From Podarcis cretensis (lineage: Eukaryota), in assembly GCA_951804945.1 (NCBI GenBank), contig OX638164.1, forward strand, positions 29,760,001-29,824,000: a stretch of 64,000 bases of DNA. The letters run 5' to 3'. The translations under genes and the position numbers were made by a program. Under the pieces are notes generated by a model. It made no database searches, was not told the DNA's origin, and was given only the letters and a program-made list of their open reading frames with translations. Below, in pieces: positions 39,031-50,277 of this stretch. How positions within the stretch are numbered: position 1 is the first letter of the stretch; each line of letters starts with the position of its first letter.

Positions 39031-39866
39031 TGAGCTCACCCCGCCAGGGAAAGCTTTTGCCTTCACTCCGTCTCCTTTTGAGTTCCCACAGGCATCAGGA
39101 AGGCCGCCTTTAAAACACTTGGAGTTTAAGACTGGTGATTCTGAGAAGTGATGGGGTTTATGAGTGCTTTATTAGTGTGTAAAGCAGAACTTGGCCACAT
39201 GAGTGTGTTTGGGGCAGGTCATCTGCCATCAGGACTTTAGATCTTTCCTGGTTAGTTCAGACCCCCTTAGCAGGTCTGTGAAACTTGGATTATTATTTTT
39301 CAATCCATTGTGCATCACTTTATACTTACTTATACAGAATTGCATTTGCCATTTTACTGCTCATTCACTCAGTTTGGAGAGATCCCTTTGCGCAGATCTC
39401 GTGTGTTGTGAGGCCACACCGAGTGGGTCACAGAGAAGCTGGATTCCAGCTTAGGCTGAGCAGACGAAAAGGAGCATTGCATGTGTGTCTAGGCTAGGTC
39501 AAGTTCCGGATGAGACACCCATTTTAGCAATTTCTACAAATGCTCTGATGTGGCAGGAGAAAGGCAGGAGCCAATTTTTAATACGATACATATTTCTGGC
39601 CGGTCACATGCCTGTTCCTTTCTCCTGCCACATTGCAGCACTGGTTTTCATTTAGTAGTAATGCTAAGGCAACACTATGTATATTGCTCTGTTAATTGCC
39701 ATTTTAGAATTAACAGCGTGCACTATTAGCAATATTAAGTATAAATTAAAAGTGAAAGTGGGTCCCATGTTGCAGCTTGGGACTCAGAGGTGGGTCTTGG
39801 GTCTGGATCTGTTGAATAACACTGCTTTAGAGCTCCTCCTACTCCCTGCATAGTAATGTTGTGACT

Positions 39867-40295
39867 TGTATGGAAGTGAGAGCTGGACCATAAAGAAGGC
39901 TGATCGCCGAAGAATTGATGCTTTTGAATTATGGTGCTGGAGGAGACTCTTGAGAGTCCCATGGACTGCAAGAAGATCAAACCTCTCCATTCTGAAGGAA
40001 ATCAGCCCTGAGTGCTCACTGGAAGGACAGATTGTGAAGCTGAGGCTCCAGTACTTTGGCCACCTCATGAGAAGAGAAGACTCCCTGGAGAAGATCCTGA
40101 TGTTGGGAAAGATGGAGGGCACAAGGAGAAGGGGGCAACAGAGGACGAGATGGTTGGATAGTGTTTTCGAGGTTATCAGCATGAGTCTGACCAAGCTGCG
40201 GGGGGCAGTGGAGGACAGGAGTGCCTGGCGTTCTCTGGTCCATGGGGTCACGAAGAGTCGGACACGACTAAACGACTAAACAACAACAACAACAA
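39867..40295 (+). mobile_element. RTE-BovB LINE 3' fragment with an intact C-terminal reading frame
   Basis: ORF 39866-40279 (YGSESWTIKKADRRRIDAFELWCWRRLLRVPWTARRSN...HGVTKSRTRLND), followed by a (CAA)n tail. Confidence 0.93.
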
Positions 40296-40471
40296 TTGGT
40301 TTCCACCAGTTTTCCAGGAGCAGATAAACAAATAGGCCTGTAATTTCCCAGATCCCTTCTGAATCGTTTTTTAAAAGTTGGTGCTACATTGACCGCTTTC
40401 CAGTCCTCAGGTATTGTTTCTCAATCTGAACAATTAATACAACATAAAATTACAATTTTGTCACAGAGATC

Positions 40472-40477
40472 TTTATT
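40472..40477 (-). terminator. Probable TTC36 poly(A) signal (AATAAA)
   Basis: TTTATT on plus, about 180 nt after the stop. Confidence 0.65.
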
Positions 40478-40655
40478 AAGAAAGAAACAAAACTTATTAC
40501 AAAGGTTTTTCAGGGTGCTTAATTTCCATAGTTTATTCCGGACCGTAACCCAATGGAACATTGTTTTTATATGATATTTGGAGCTTGAAAGGTGGGGAGT
40601 AGCACCCCCAGCTTGCCTTTGGGAGAGAAATTGCAGGCTGAGCCCTCGTTTGTCC

Positions 40656-42614
40656 TTAGCGACACACTTTCTCCCCAGAGGAAGCCTCCAGCTGAGGCTC
40701 TTTGCTTGGGCCCCTCAGTTTCTTTATCATTTCGGAGAGCATCTGATTGCAGAGGGCTGCGTACGGATTCATCAGGACCAGCTGACGACGGGCAAAGGCA
40801 CTACCCAGTCTGGCCGCTTGCTCAAAGTCCCTATGGGCCTCTTGCTCGTGGCCTTGCAAGCGCTGGATCAGCCCTCGCTGCACAAACGCCTGGCAGGCTA
40901 CACGGCCAACGCCCCTGCTAAGCTGCAGTGCCATACCCAGGTCCTCCAGGGCACCTGACGGGGAGAGAAGAAATACATGCAAATGATGGAGGGGAACGCC
41001 ATGGAACCTGCCTTGTGAATCATAGCAGAGATATTGCAGAAGGGGAAGTGACAGCAGCTGTGCCCACACAGTGGCACCATCTTCAGCACGGACAGAGTTG
41101 AAATGGAAAGCAATTGTTTTATTAAGACTGGGGACTGTTTTCAGTTGTTTGGGTTCCACTTTAGGTAGCAGGTTCTTAGCTCAGAGCTTTGCTTCTCAGG
41201 GACCTTGTAGGGCTGGCTGTGGCATGGGGAGATGCCCTGGTAGGTGAGTTATCAAGCAAACAGCAGCACCACCAATATTGAGCCCAGAGAACAGCTGGTG
41301 GGAGGGTCTCTGAAAAGCCCTTGAAGAGGACAAGGGACGTGGTGTTCCCTGTCCAGGGGCTTTGCTCAGCCCTCCTTTTGCTAGGCACAGGCTACACAGC
41401 AGACATGGTGCCTGTCCCAGGGGAAGGGCCCCCATCCTCTGTGTCAATGCAGAAATGGGGAGACAGAACAGCACTGCCTTGCTCACTTACTTGCTGTGTT
41501 GCCCTTGAGGCGGAAGGCCTGGGCCCGGTTGTTGTAGGCTGCGGCTCGCTCAGGAAGCAGCTGAATGGCCCGGTCAAATCTCTCCAAGGCCTTCTGCAGG
41601 TCTCCAGCTTCGGCAGCTTCAATGCCCTGGATCTCTAGCTGAGTGGCTTGTTCCAGGAGCGCCGGGTCAAAGGTTGCTTCTGTCTCATTATGAGGAGAAG
41701 CACAGTTTTGTTAATAGCTCCAGGTCAAGGGCGGGGGGACAGAAGACAGCTAGACTATAAAGGTATGCACCCCCCCATTCTACAGCCACTGGAACTTCCA
41801 CTGGCCTCCAATCCAGTGCTAATTACATGGCTGACTACATCACAACTGCTAAAATGCAGCAGTTCAAGAGAGCCCAGAAATTTATCAGGGACAAGGGGAC
41901 AGAAAGCCTGTGGGGAAAAGCCCACCCACCTTCTCCAGGGCAAAGTGCAATGAATTGTGGTCAGGTGACGATCAGAGGTCAGGCTGCACCACCATGGATG
42001 TGAAGCCTGCAGAAAAAGGCTGGCAAGTTTCTGAAAGCAGCCTCCCCCCACTGCAGACCAGGGGTGCCAACTTGAATAAAATATTTGGGGGGCAGGTATA
42101 AACCCCAACCCACCATAATCGATCATAAGACATGGTGCATACACATAATTTGAATGGCAACGCCCATCAAATTTTGGGGCCCCCAGACCCCTTAAATATT
42201 TTATTGGGGGGTGTTGAAGGGATCTCGGCCCCTAGGAGTTGGCTCCTATGCTGCTGATGGTGAGGGAGAGGCCCTCTCTTCCAGGGCTATGATATGAGAG
42301 CCTTGTAAAGGTCTCCTTAATGAGAAACAGAGGGATTTGCTGCTGCTCCAATTACACAGAGATGGGTAGGTGGGGCTTTCCCCTTTGCAGCCCCCCACCA
42401 TCCTTGAACCTCCACTTCTTGGCAGTTTGAAGCTGCTCTGATGCCTCCAGGAGAGACGGGAAAGTCCCTCTCCCCTGCCCCATCTCATGCAGAAGCCAAA
42501 CTCACCTTCTCCATTGAGGGTCTCCTGCTCCTCTAGCTCATCAGAGAGGTCGCCAAAAGGGGCGTTGGGGTGGAATATGCTGTGCAAAACTGCCCTGTCG
42601 TGTGCTGTTGCCAT
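40656..42614 (-). CDS. TTC36: Tetratricopeptide repeat protein 36 (HBP21), complete CDS, 198 aa
   Basis: Exons (minus): 42614-42506 ([22 protein letters not shown]...), 41679-41491 (TPR: ...[30 protein letters not shown]), 40954-40656 (...QAFVQRGLI...[19 protein letters not shown]...). Total 597 nt, GT-AG. Confidence 0.97.
42059..42250. mobile_element. Non-autonomous hAT MITE in TTC36 intron 1
   Basis: Imperfect TIRs CAGGGGTGCCAACT / AGTTGGCTCCTATG; 8-bp TSD CTGCAGAC / CTGCTGAT (6 of 8 match). Confidence 0.75.
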
Positions 42615-43289
42615 GTCGGCTCCTGCGGATGAGATCTTGAGTGACCTGGGGAGAGCAAGTGGGGGTGAGAGAGAGAGAGGGGCTGGCTTACCAAGCAGCC
42701 AATAGCAATGGGGGAGGAGATGGGGCAATGCCCTGCTGCTGCGTCTAGGTCGAAGTGGGTGCTATTGCTGGAGCTGAAACAGGGAAGTTTTTTGACCCTC
42801 AAGCACACTCCCAGGGCTGGGGGAGGAGCAAGAAGGGCGGGAACTAACACAGTAGGAATAACAAAAAAGGGAGAGGGCGCACACATACCTCCAGCCAGCC
42901 CAGATGCTCTGTCCCAGAGTTCCTAGCATCACCGGTGGAACAGCAGGGCTGGAGAAAAGTTGACCCAGCCGCTTTCCCTGCTGCAGTAAAGACCAAATTT
43001 TCCTAACAGGCTTTGGGGGATTTCTGTAGCTAATCCGGATTACATTTGCTACGTTTTACTATGCTGTGTTACGGTGCAGTTCAAACCACGAATCTGCTAG
43101 ACTGGAAGGGGCTAGGATGCAGTGCAACTGCCCTCCACAGCAGAGGGGAGCCCACGCTGCTGGGAATCTGCTGCTGCTGCCAGAAATTCATCTGTCCACT
43201 AATGGGCAGCTTGGTGGATGAAGGTCAGGCCTGCCACTGATCTGCCTGGCAAAAAAGGGGCATGTTAGAAGCCAGCTGGCTGCCATATA

Positions 43290-43515
43290 CAGTGGTACCT
43301 CGGGTTACATACGCTTCAGGTTACAGACTCCGCTAACCCAGAAATAGTACCTCGGGTTAAGAACTTTGCTTCAGGATGAGAACAGAAATCGTGCTCCGGC
43401 GGTGTGGTGGCAGCGGGAGGCCCCATTAGCTAAAGTGGTGCTTCAGGTTAAGAACAGTTTCAGGTTAAGAATGGACCTCCAGAACGAATTAAGTCCTTAA
43501 CCCAAGGTACCACTG
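43290..43515. mobile_element. Tc1/mariner (Tigger/pogo-like) MITE
   Basis: TIRs CAGTGGTACCTCGGGTTA / TAACCCAAGGTACCACTG with TA TSDs. Confidence 0.92.
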
Positions 43516-43939
43516 TATATGTAACCCCTGCTCAAGACTGCAACTATGCCTGGATGCTATGCCTGCCAAAGGGGCAGTGCACAGGGACATGTCCCATGGG
43601 AAACAATGGGCTCAAGCTAATCTGGGAAAATAAGGCCCCTGCCCCACTCACTGGCTACCCTCATGGTGGTATGAGAACACTCTCCAGATGTGGTGGAACC
43701 ATGCAGGCGATGAGTGTTTGGCAGGATATAAACCACACCTGTGCCAGCCACAATTATTGTTTCTCTTGTGCAGTAACACTATGCCAGCTGCACTACTCTT
43801 GTGGGGACTTTTGAGTTTGGGATGCATTCCTTGAAATGCTACTCTTGCCATGCACAAGGCCAGGTAAAAGAGCGAGCAGTCTCACGCATGTATGAGACAG
43901 TGGTGTCAGGAGGCAGGGCATGGATTTGCAAGATGCCAA

Positions 43940-44279
43940 GGGACGCGGGTGGCGCTGTGGTCTAATCCACAGAGCCTAGGGCTTGCCGATCAGAAGGTCG
44001 GCAGTTCGAATCCCCGTGACGGGGTGAGCTCCCGTTGTTCAGTCCCAGCTCCTGTCCACCTAGCAGTTCAAAGGCACGTCAAGTGCAAGTAGATAAATAG
44101 GTACCGCTCCGGCGGGAAGGTAAATGGCGTTTCCGTGCGCCAGCAGCAGCTGTCATGCTGGCCACATGACCCGGAAGCTGTCTGCAGACAAACGGGCTCC
44201 CTCAGCCTATAGAGCAAGGTGAGTGAGCAACCCCCGTCGTCCGCAACTGGACCCAACGGTCAGGGGTACCTTTACCTTT
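43940..44279 (+). mobile_element. Sauria SINE, near full length
   Basis: GGGACGCGGGTGGCGCTGTGG head, B box GTTCGAATCC, (ACCTTT)n tail. Confidence 0.92.
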
Positions 44280-44680
44280 GTGGGACTTTTGGGGACAAGC
44301 TGCACCAATGCAAAAGGGATGGGCTCCACCTGAACCAGTTTGCTGGCACCTAAAATGAAAAGGGTGGCAGAGAAGCTTTTAAACTCCTAGTCAATGATGG
44401 CTGTGTACTACTTCCAGTATCGGAAGCAGCCGAAACATCAGTTTCGGTGTACCAATGACAGGGATACCCTTTGCACTTGGGTCTTCACTGCGGGCTTCCC
44501 TTTGGGGCATGTGTTCAGTCTCTGTGAGAAGAGAATGCTGGACTAGACGGGCCTTTATTTGGATTCAGCAGGATTGTTTTTATGAGGTATCTCTTTCCCT
44601 ACAAGGTTTCCCTTTTGCTTCTGGACAAGGAAGCATGTAAGACTGTTGCAGCACGTTCACCTTACAGAATATCAGATATA

Positions 44681-44883
44681 CAGTCATCCGACTTCCAAAA
44701 CGTTTGGGAACCAAGGCACAGCTTCTGATTGGCTGCAGGAAGCTCATGCAGCCAATCAGAAGCCACGATGGACCTTCGGGTTCCAAATAACGTTCACAAA
44801 CAGGAACAATCATTTCCAGGCTTGCGGTGTTCAGGAGCCAAAATGTTCATCTTGAAAGGCGTTCAACTTCTGAGGTATGACTG
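44681..44883. mobile_element. Tigger-like MITE remnant with an internal 17-bp hairpin
   Basis: TA-CAGTCAT...ATGACTG-TA ends. Perfect inverted repeat GCTTCTGATTGGCTGCA (44721-44737) / TGCAGCCAATCAGAAGC (44747-44763). Confidence 0.75.
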
Positions 44884-45059
44884 TATTGCAAGAAAGAATC
44901 CCAAGAGGTGAAGTAAATGGTCTTACCTTGTGTTTGTATGGTGCAGCCTAGAAGAGGTGGCTTCCTTTTTTATTGTTTCTTGAGAGCTATATACAAACTA
45001 GCCCCCCTCCCCTGCTGAAAACCTCCACAGCCTTGATCAATAAATGAAAACACCATCCT

Positions 45060-48000
45060 CTGAAGCAATAAACTTGACATGTTTATTAATTAAACTATCA
45101 CTTAAATAAAAAAGTGCATAGAAAATAAACATGTTTAAAAACTCCTTTTTTTGTACAACTATATACACTTATTTTTACATTCAGTCTTTCATGGAACTTT
45201 TCAGTCATTTCTTGAACTACTGAAAGTACTTCCTTCATCCCTGTGACGATGACAGGGAATTAACACTGATGCAGCACGAGAGACGCGTTTCCTCTTTTTA
45301 AAGAAAACAAACAAACAAACAAAAACCCAAACAATCTGGAAGAACACAAGAAATAAAACGAAGAGAGAGAGAGATTGGTTTTACATGATAAGTTGCTTTT
45401 TCTCTGGAACAAAACCCTGTTTGCGTAGCTTTTGCACGGTTTGAGACAATTATTCACTACCTTGAGCTATTAAAAGACGGCTACGTTGAATCAAAGGAAC
45501 ATCACGAGCACAGTTCTCGGCTGAGAGGCAAAGCTGCAGGACCTTGTTAAGGTACCAGGAAAGCAGATGATGCCGTTTTGGTACCTCAACAATCAGAACC
45601 CAGGAGGAGGCAGCGAAGGCGGCAAGAAACAAGTTGTACAAGAACTGACTGTTAACACTGAAGGTCAGGAGAATTCATAGCCAAGCCCCCAACAGTTCCT
45701 GGGGGTTTGCATGCAGGCAGACGGAGCCAGAGCATCCACCCCTCCACCCCCCGGTCCCTTACCCAGTCCTCCTTGGAGGAGGGAGACGTCAACTGGCCCT
45801 GAAGCCTCTGGCTTGCTGGTTTTCCTGCCTTTTGAGCAACTGGAACACAACTCTTATCTATAGTGTTAAAGAGAATTCAAAGCCAGGCTTCAAGACATGG
45901 TGCAGTACGATATTTGTTCCTATATATACCATATTTATAGTTATAAAAACTTGCAGGTGTGTGGGAGGAGATGGTGGAGGGGAGGAGGATGGAGCAGCAA
46001 TCTGGGTGAGAACGACATGATTCTGCACAAAGAACAAGAACCCGGTATTGCTTCGCAAGGGAGGACAATGAAGAGAAGATTATTATACCCCAGCCCTTTG
46101 CAGTGACCCGCTTTTCCTTTAAAAAAATAAACACCTTAAAGGTTTGACTCTTAGTATTCTCAGGTATCATGATCTGTCAGTCCTTAGAAATTATACATTC
46201 ATATTGCCAGGAAGCCGCGTGGAGCTCCTCACTTTGCTCCACGGATCAGAGCCAACACAACTGGCCAAGACCCCAACCCTTCCTTCTCTCCGTTCCTGCT
46301 GGCCTCCCCATGGAGCCCAGGCACAGTGGCATGCATGCCTTCTTCCTTGGGTTACTGGCCATAGTGGCTGCCTGCTGCTGAGCTCAGTCAGAACAGGGTT
46401 TAGCAGCAGCAACAGCAGCAGCAAATGTCAGTGAGCTTGGACCCCAGTCCAGCTCTGCCCTGAGCCATGTGCTTGTGCACCTCCTCCTCCTGTTCCTTGC
46501 TTGGAACTTCCTTGTGGAAGAGAGGAAGAAGAAGGGACGGAACTCTCTTTTGACCTGGCAGCTACTGGCTCAGGGCTTGGGTAGCAGCAGGGGACACGCA
46601 AATTATGTTCCTCTTTGGCCCACAGGATGTGGCTGCCTGGAACAGGAAAGCTGGAGGGCTACTCGATTCCCCAAAAACTCTGCCACATTCACCACAGGCA
46701 ACCCAAACTTGGGTTTTGCGCCCCCCCCCAAATAGGAGAAATGGACACACGCCCTGTACCACTCCAGCTGGAGCGGAAGGCTTAGTAAGTGCTGGCCTGT
46801 CCTCCCCAGGCAACTGGAAGCTGGGCTGCAGGAGAGGCAAGATCTTCATAGGGAATGTGCTTGTTGGCCCAAAAGAAGCCTGGCTGCTGCTGCGGCTTTA
46901 CTAGGCAACCATAGGAAGGTTTGCTTGCAGTTTCAGAGCCAAGGAAGTTTAATCTGGTGGCATGAGATGGAGCAGACCAGAAATGTTGGGTTACTGAGGT
47001 GTGGCGTGGTGGGATTTTGGCCTCTTCCCAAGAGAGAGGAAGGTCAGGGGGTCCCCCCTGTGCTGTACTCCCACCCCATGTTAAAACCCAGCCTCAATGC
47101 TGGTTTCAAAACACTTCTTGCAGATGTGTGTGTATCTTCTCTCCCACAATGTGTAATTCGAGGTCCAGCCGAAGCTTCCAGAAAACTGGAAAGGTTCTCC
47201 CCGCTGCCCCCACTGCTCTCTAGAGGAAGGTTCAGACTGCAGGCCTGGCCAGCAACCTCCTAAAGCCCATCCTATTAAAATAATAAGGTCATTAAAAACT
47301 GATTCTTTTAAATTAGGATGACAACCACAATTGAAAAAATAGTTTCATAAGTGCTCTTCGCTATGAAGTGCTTCTCATAGAAAAATATACAAAATATATT
47401 TACATTTACAAAACCTTAAATACTAAACTGTAAACAGAAGAACCAAGTAAAATCCAATGACATAATAATTCAAGAGGGTGCAACTGAAGGAGGCTGAAAG
47501 GAAGTTGTGCTGCTTGTGTTTGCTTTTAAACGGGCACATGATCCCACTAGGGAGATCCATCACCTTTTGGGTCCCCCAATCTTGGACCAGGGAACCCACA
47601 GCCTTCAGCTTGCTGGGAGTGTTGGCACTCCCTGCCTTTTCCTATGTCAGAGAGCAGCTGGTAGGGAAGGAAATGTTATCAGCTGCTGTAGGCTGGTGCT
47701 CAGAGAGGCGCCAGGCCCACTGCCTGTGGGGCTCAGTTTCCTCTGGAGTCCCAACTGGAGGGCAGATGCAGGGCAGGGAGAGGGCTCTAGGGACAGAATG
47801 CCTGGCAGGACAGCCTGCTTCCTAGGGCAGGGAGTCCTCCTTGGCTGCACTTCTAACCTAACCTCATCCAAAGCGCATGGAAGCCCTCAGTCCGCATTGC
47901 TTGCCTGCTCAAATACTGATGAGCTATTCCTCGACAAGTCATGGGAATTTCAGAGAACAGCCAGACAGAGGCAAGACACAAGGGCAGCTCACGGAGACCT

Positions 48001-48319
48001 GCAGGCCATGTCTCCAAGTCTGAGGAGGCAAGGGCCCACCAAAGTGTGCGGGAAGGGAAGCCCCACCTCTCAAGGCAGTCCGTGGCTGCTGCAGCAGCCC
48101 AACACTCCAGCAGTTTTCCTTGCAAGACGGGACAACGAAGTCCATCATCTGAGCAGGACCTTTCACAAAGCCAAGGAGGCAGCAAACAATACCAGGCCTC
48201 GACCACCTGCTGCCTGGCTTGACCCACTTGCCATGGGAGGGCCACCCCACCCACCCCACCTTCCACATGCCTGAGACTGGCGGAGCCCAACCCCTACGAC
48301 AGCCAGGTCAGGTCAGCGT
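45060..48319 (-). other. KMT2A: KMT2A 3' UTR (about 3.25 kb)
   Basis: Non-coding sequence, apparently free of TEs, between the stop and an AATAAA at 45082-45087; contains U-rich blocks typical of long conserved 3' UTRs. Confidence 0.75.
45082..45087 (-). terminator. Probable KMT2A poly(A) signal (AATAAA)
   Basis: TTTATT on plus, preceded on minus by TGTA elements and followed by U-rich sequence. Confidence 0.75.
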
Positions 48320-50240
48320 TCAGTTGAGGAACCGGCGGCATTTCTTGGCACCGCAATTGCAGGGCAGCTTGTTGCTGGCGTCTTCGATAGGGAACTTGTA
48401 GTCGTAGGTCAGCTCCTCGCCGCGGTAGATCTTGCGCATGGCAAATATGACTATGTGCTTCTGCCCATCAATGTTGATGACTCGGGAGTAGCAGTTGGGC
48501 TCACAGGAGTGGTTGATGAAGCGGGCTGCGTTCCCGTGCATGGTGGCGTCCACCACCTCAGAGTCATCAATGCGGAACATGTAGCAGCCGATGCCCTGGG
48601 CCAGGAGAGGAGGGGGCAGGGAGAGAGGATGGGCTGGTTTCAGGTCACAGGGCACCACCACAGCTAACCCTTCAGACAAGACCAGCTGCAACATAAAAGC
48701 CAACCTATGCCTGTTCAACACGCCTTTTAAAAGGTTAAAAGGTTGCCAAAGGACGTAGTTCACACATGCCAGGGAGAGTCTGTAAAGTTTCTGCGAATTG
48801 TTACAGGTCTTTATTATAATGTATTCTTTATTTATGACTTATACTTTTGTTTTAAAAAGAAAGTAAGCCACTTGGAGATTTTTAAAGCAGAGGCTGGATG
48901 GCCATATGTCATGGAGGCCTTAGCTGAGATTTCTGCATTGCAGAGGGTTGGACTAGAGAACCCTCCCAACTCTACAATTCTATTTCTTTTTTGTGCTGCA
49001 AGCATAAAACTTCACTAATCATAATAGTACAACTGGGGGCCTCAGTCCAATCAGGATTTACATTTCAGCCTATGTGGTAAGAGTGCTGCTAAGGCTAGCA
49101 ACCTGATGGCTTTCCTGTCCAAACGCTGAGCCTTTCCCCAAACCTGAGCCCAATAAGGCTCAAGGAGCCCCAAACCAGTTTCCTGAATAGGGAAGGCGGG
49201 AGCAGAGCCAACTCCAGATCCCTGCATGAGGATTTGCTAGACACACTGGCAAAATCTGGGATGGAGAGCCATGCCTTCTATGATGTGGAGGGGGGCGGGG
49301 AGAATGCATGGCAAGAGCCCCACAACCCTTCCACCCTCTCTGCCCCAGCAATTGCCAGATCTTGCAGCAGCCCCTGCCTGCACCTGAGAAGGACCTGACT
49401 ACCAGCTCCTAGGAAAATCAGGTACCAATCCTGTCACCTCAAGAGGCTCCTAGGACAAAATGTCCTCTCCTGATGGGAGAACAGGGGCCACTGCGAGGGA
49501 GGACTAGCTGCTCTCTGAGCCATCTTCTGCTTCCCAGTTTTCCTGAAGGCAATAGCAACAGAACCTCTCTTCTCAGCAACCCAGAAAAGGATTACAGGCA
49601 AGCTGTCACCCTACCTGCACTGGGAGCTGGGCAAGAAGGAAGGGTCGCCAACCCACTAAGGGGTAAATTCAACCTAATTTACATAATCCTGCCTAGTGAA
49701 GCAAGTGGGAGGGACAACCCAGCCGAGGACCCCCCTCCCTTCTGCAGGAAAATCAACCTCTTCCTGTGCAGCCACCACTTCTCATCCCTCTTTTGCTTCC
49801 AAGGCTTAAGTGCTGGCACTTGCCTTACGTAAGGAGGAACTGCTCAAGTGTGGGCAGGGTGACCCCTGCACTGTGCATTCTGACCAAAGAACCCAGGGCC
49901 TGCTTTTCCCAGTGCTTTACTGAAGGCCTAGGAAGCCCTTGTCCTCGCTCAGGAGAACCTCAGGGCCCCCGTGGCCAGCACTCATGACCAGCTGGGTTTC
50001 AGCAGTGCCTCCGCTGTTGCTAAGGCTTACCTTGCTGTCGTAGTACTTCTCACGCTTGTCAGTTAGGATGGAACGGATCACGTTGCCGGCATACTCGATC
50101 ACCATCTCTCCTGCATCGATGTTTCTTTTGCAGAACAGGCCCCGGCCGTGGATAGGAGACCTGCCAAGGAGGAACACACAGCGCAGCCACGGGTGTTAGG
50201 TGCTGCAACCATAGAGGTAGCAAGCCTCACCCTGAATGTG

Positions 50241-50277
<37 letters not shown>

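Noticed and set aside
43940-44030. tRNA-like A/B boxes (also at 17270 and 58746)
   Set aside because: These are SINE heads followed by SINE bodies and tails, not tRNA genes.
45038-45130. Cluster of plus-strand AATAAA hexamers suggesting the end of an antisense RNA
   Set aside because: Equally explained by the U-rich elements flanking the KMT2A cleavage site on the minus strand.
47507-48274. 255-aa plus-strand ORF
   Set aside because: Antisense to the KMT2A 3' UTR, non-ATG start and no recognisable homology.
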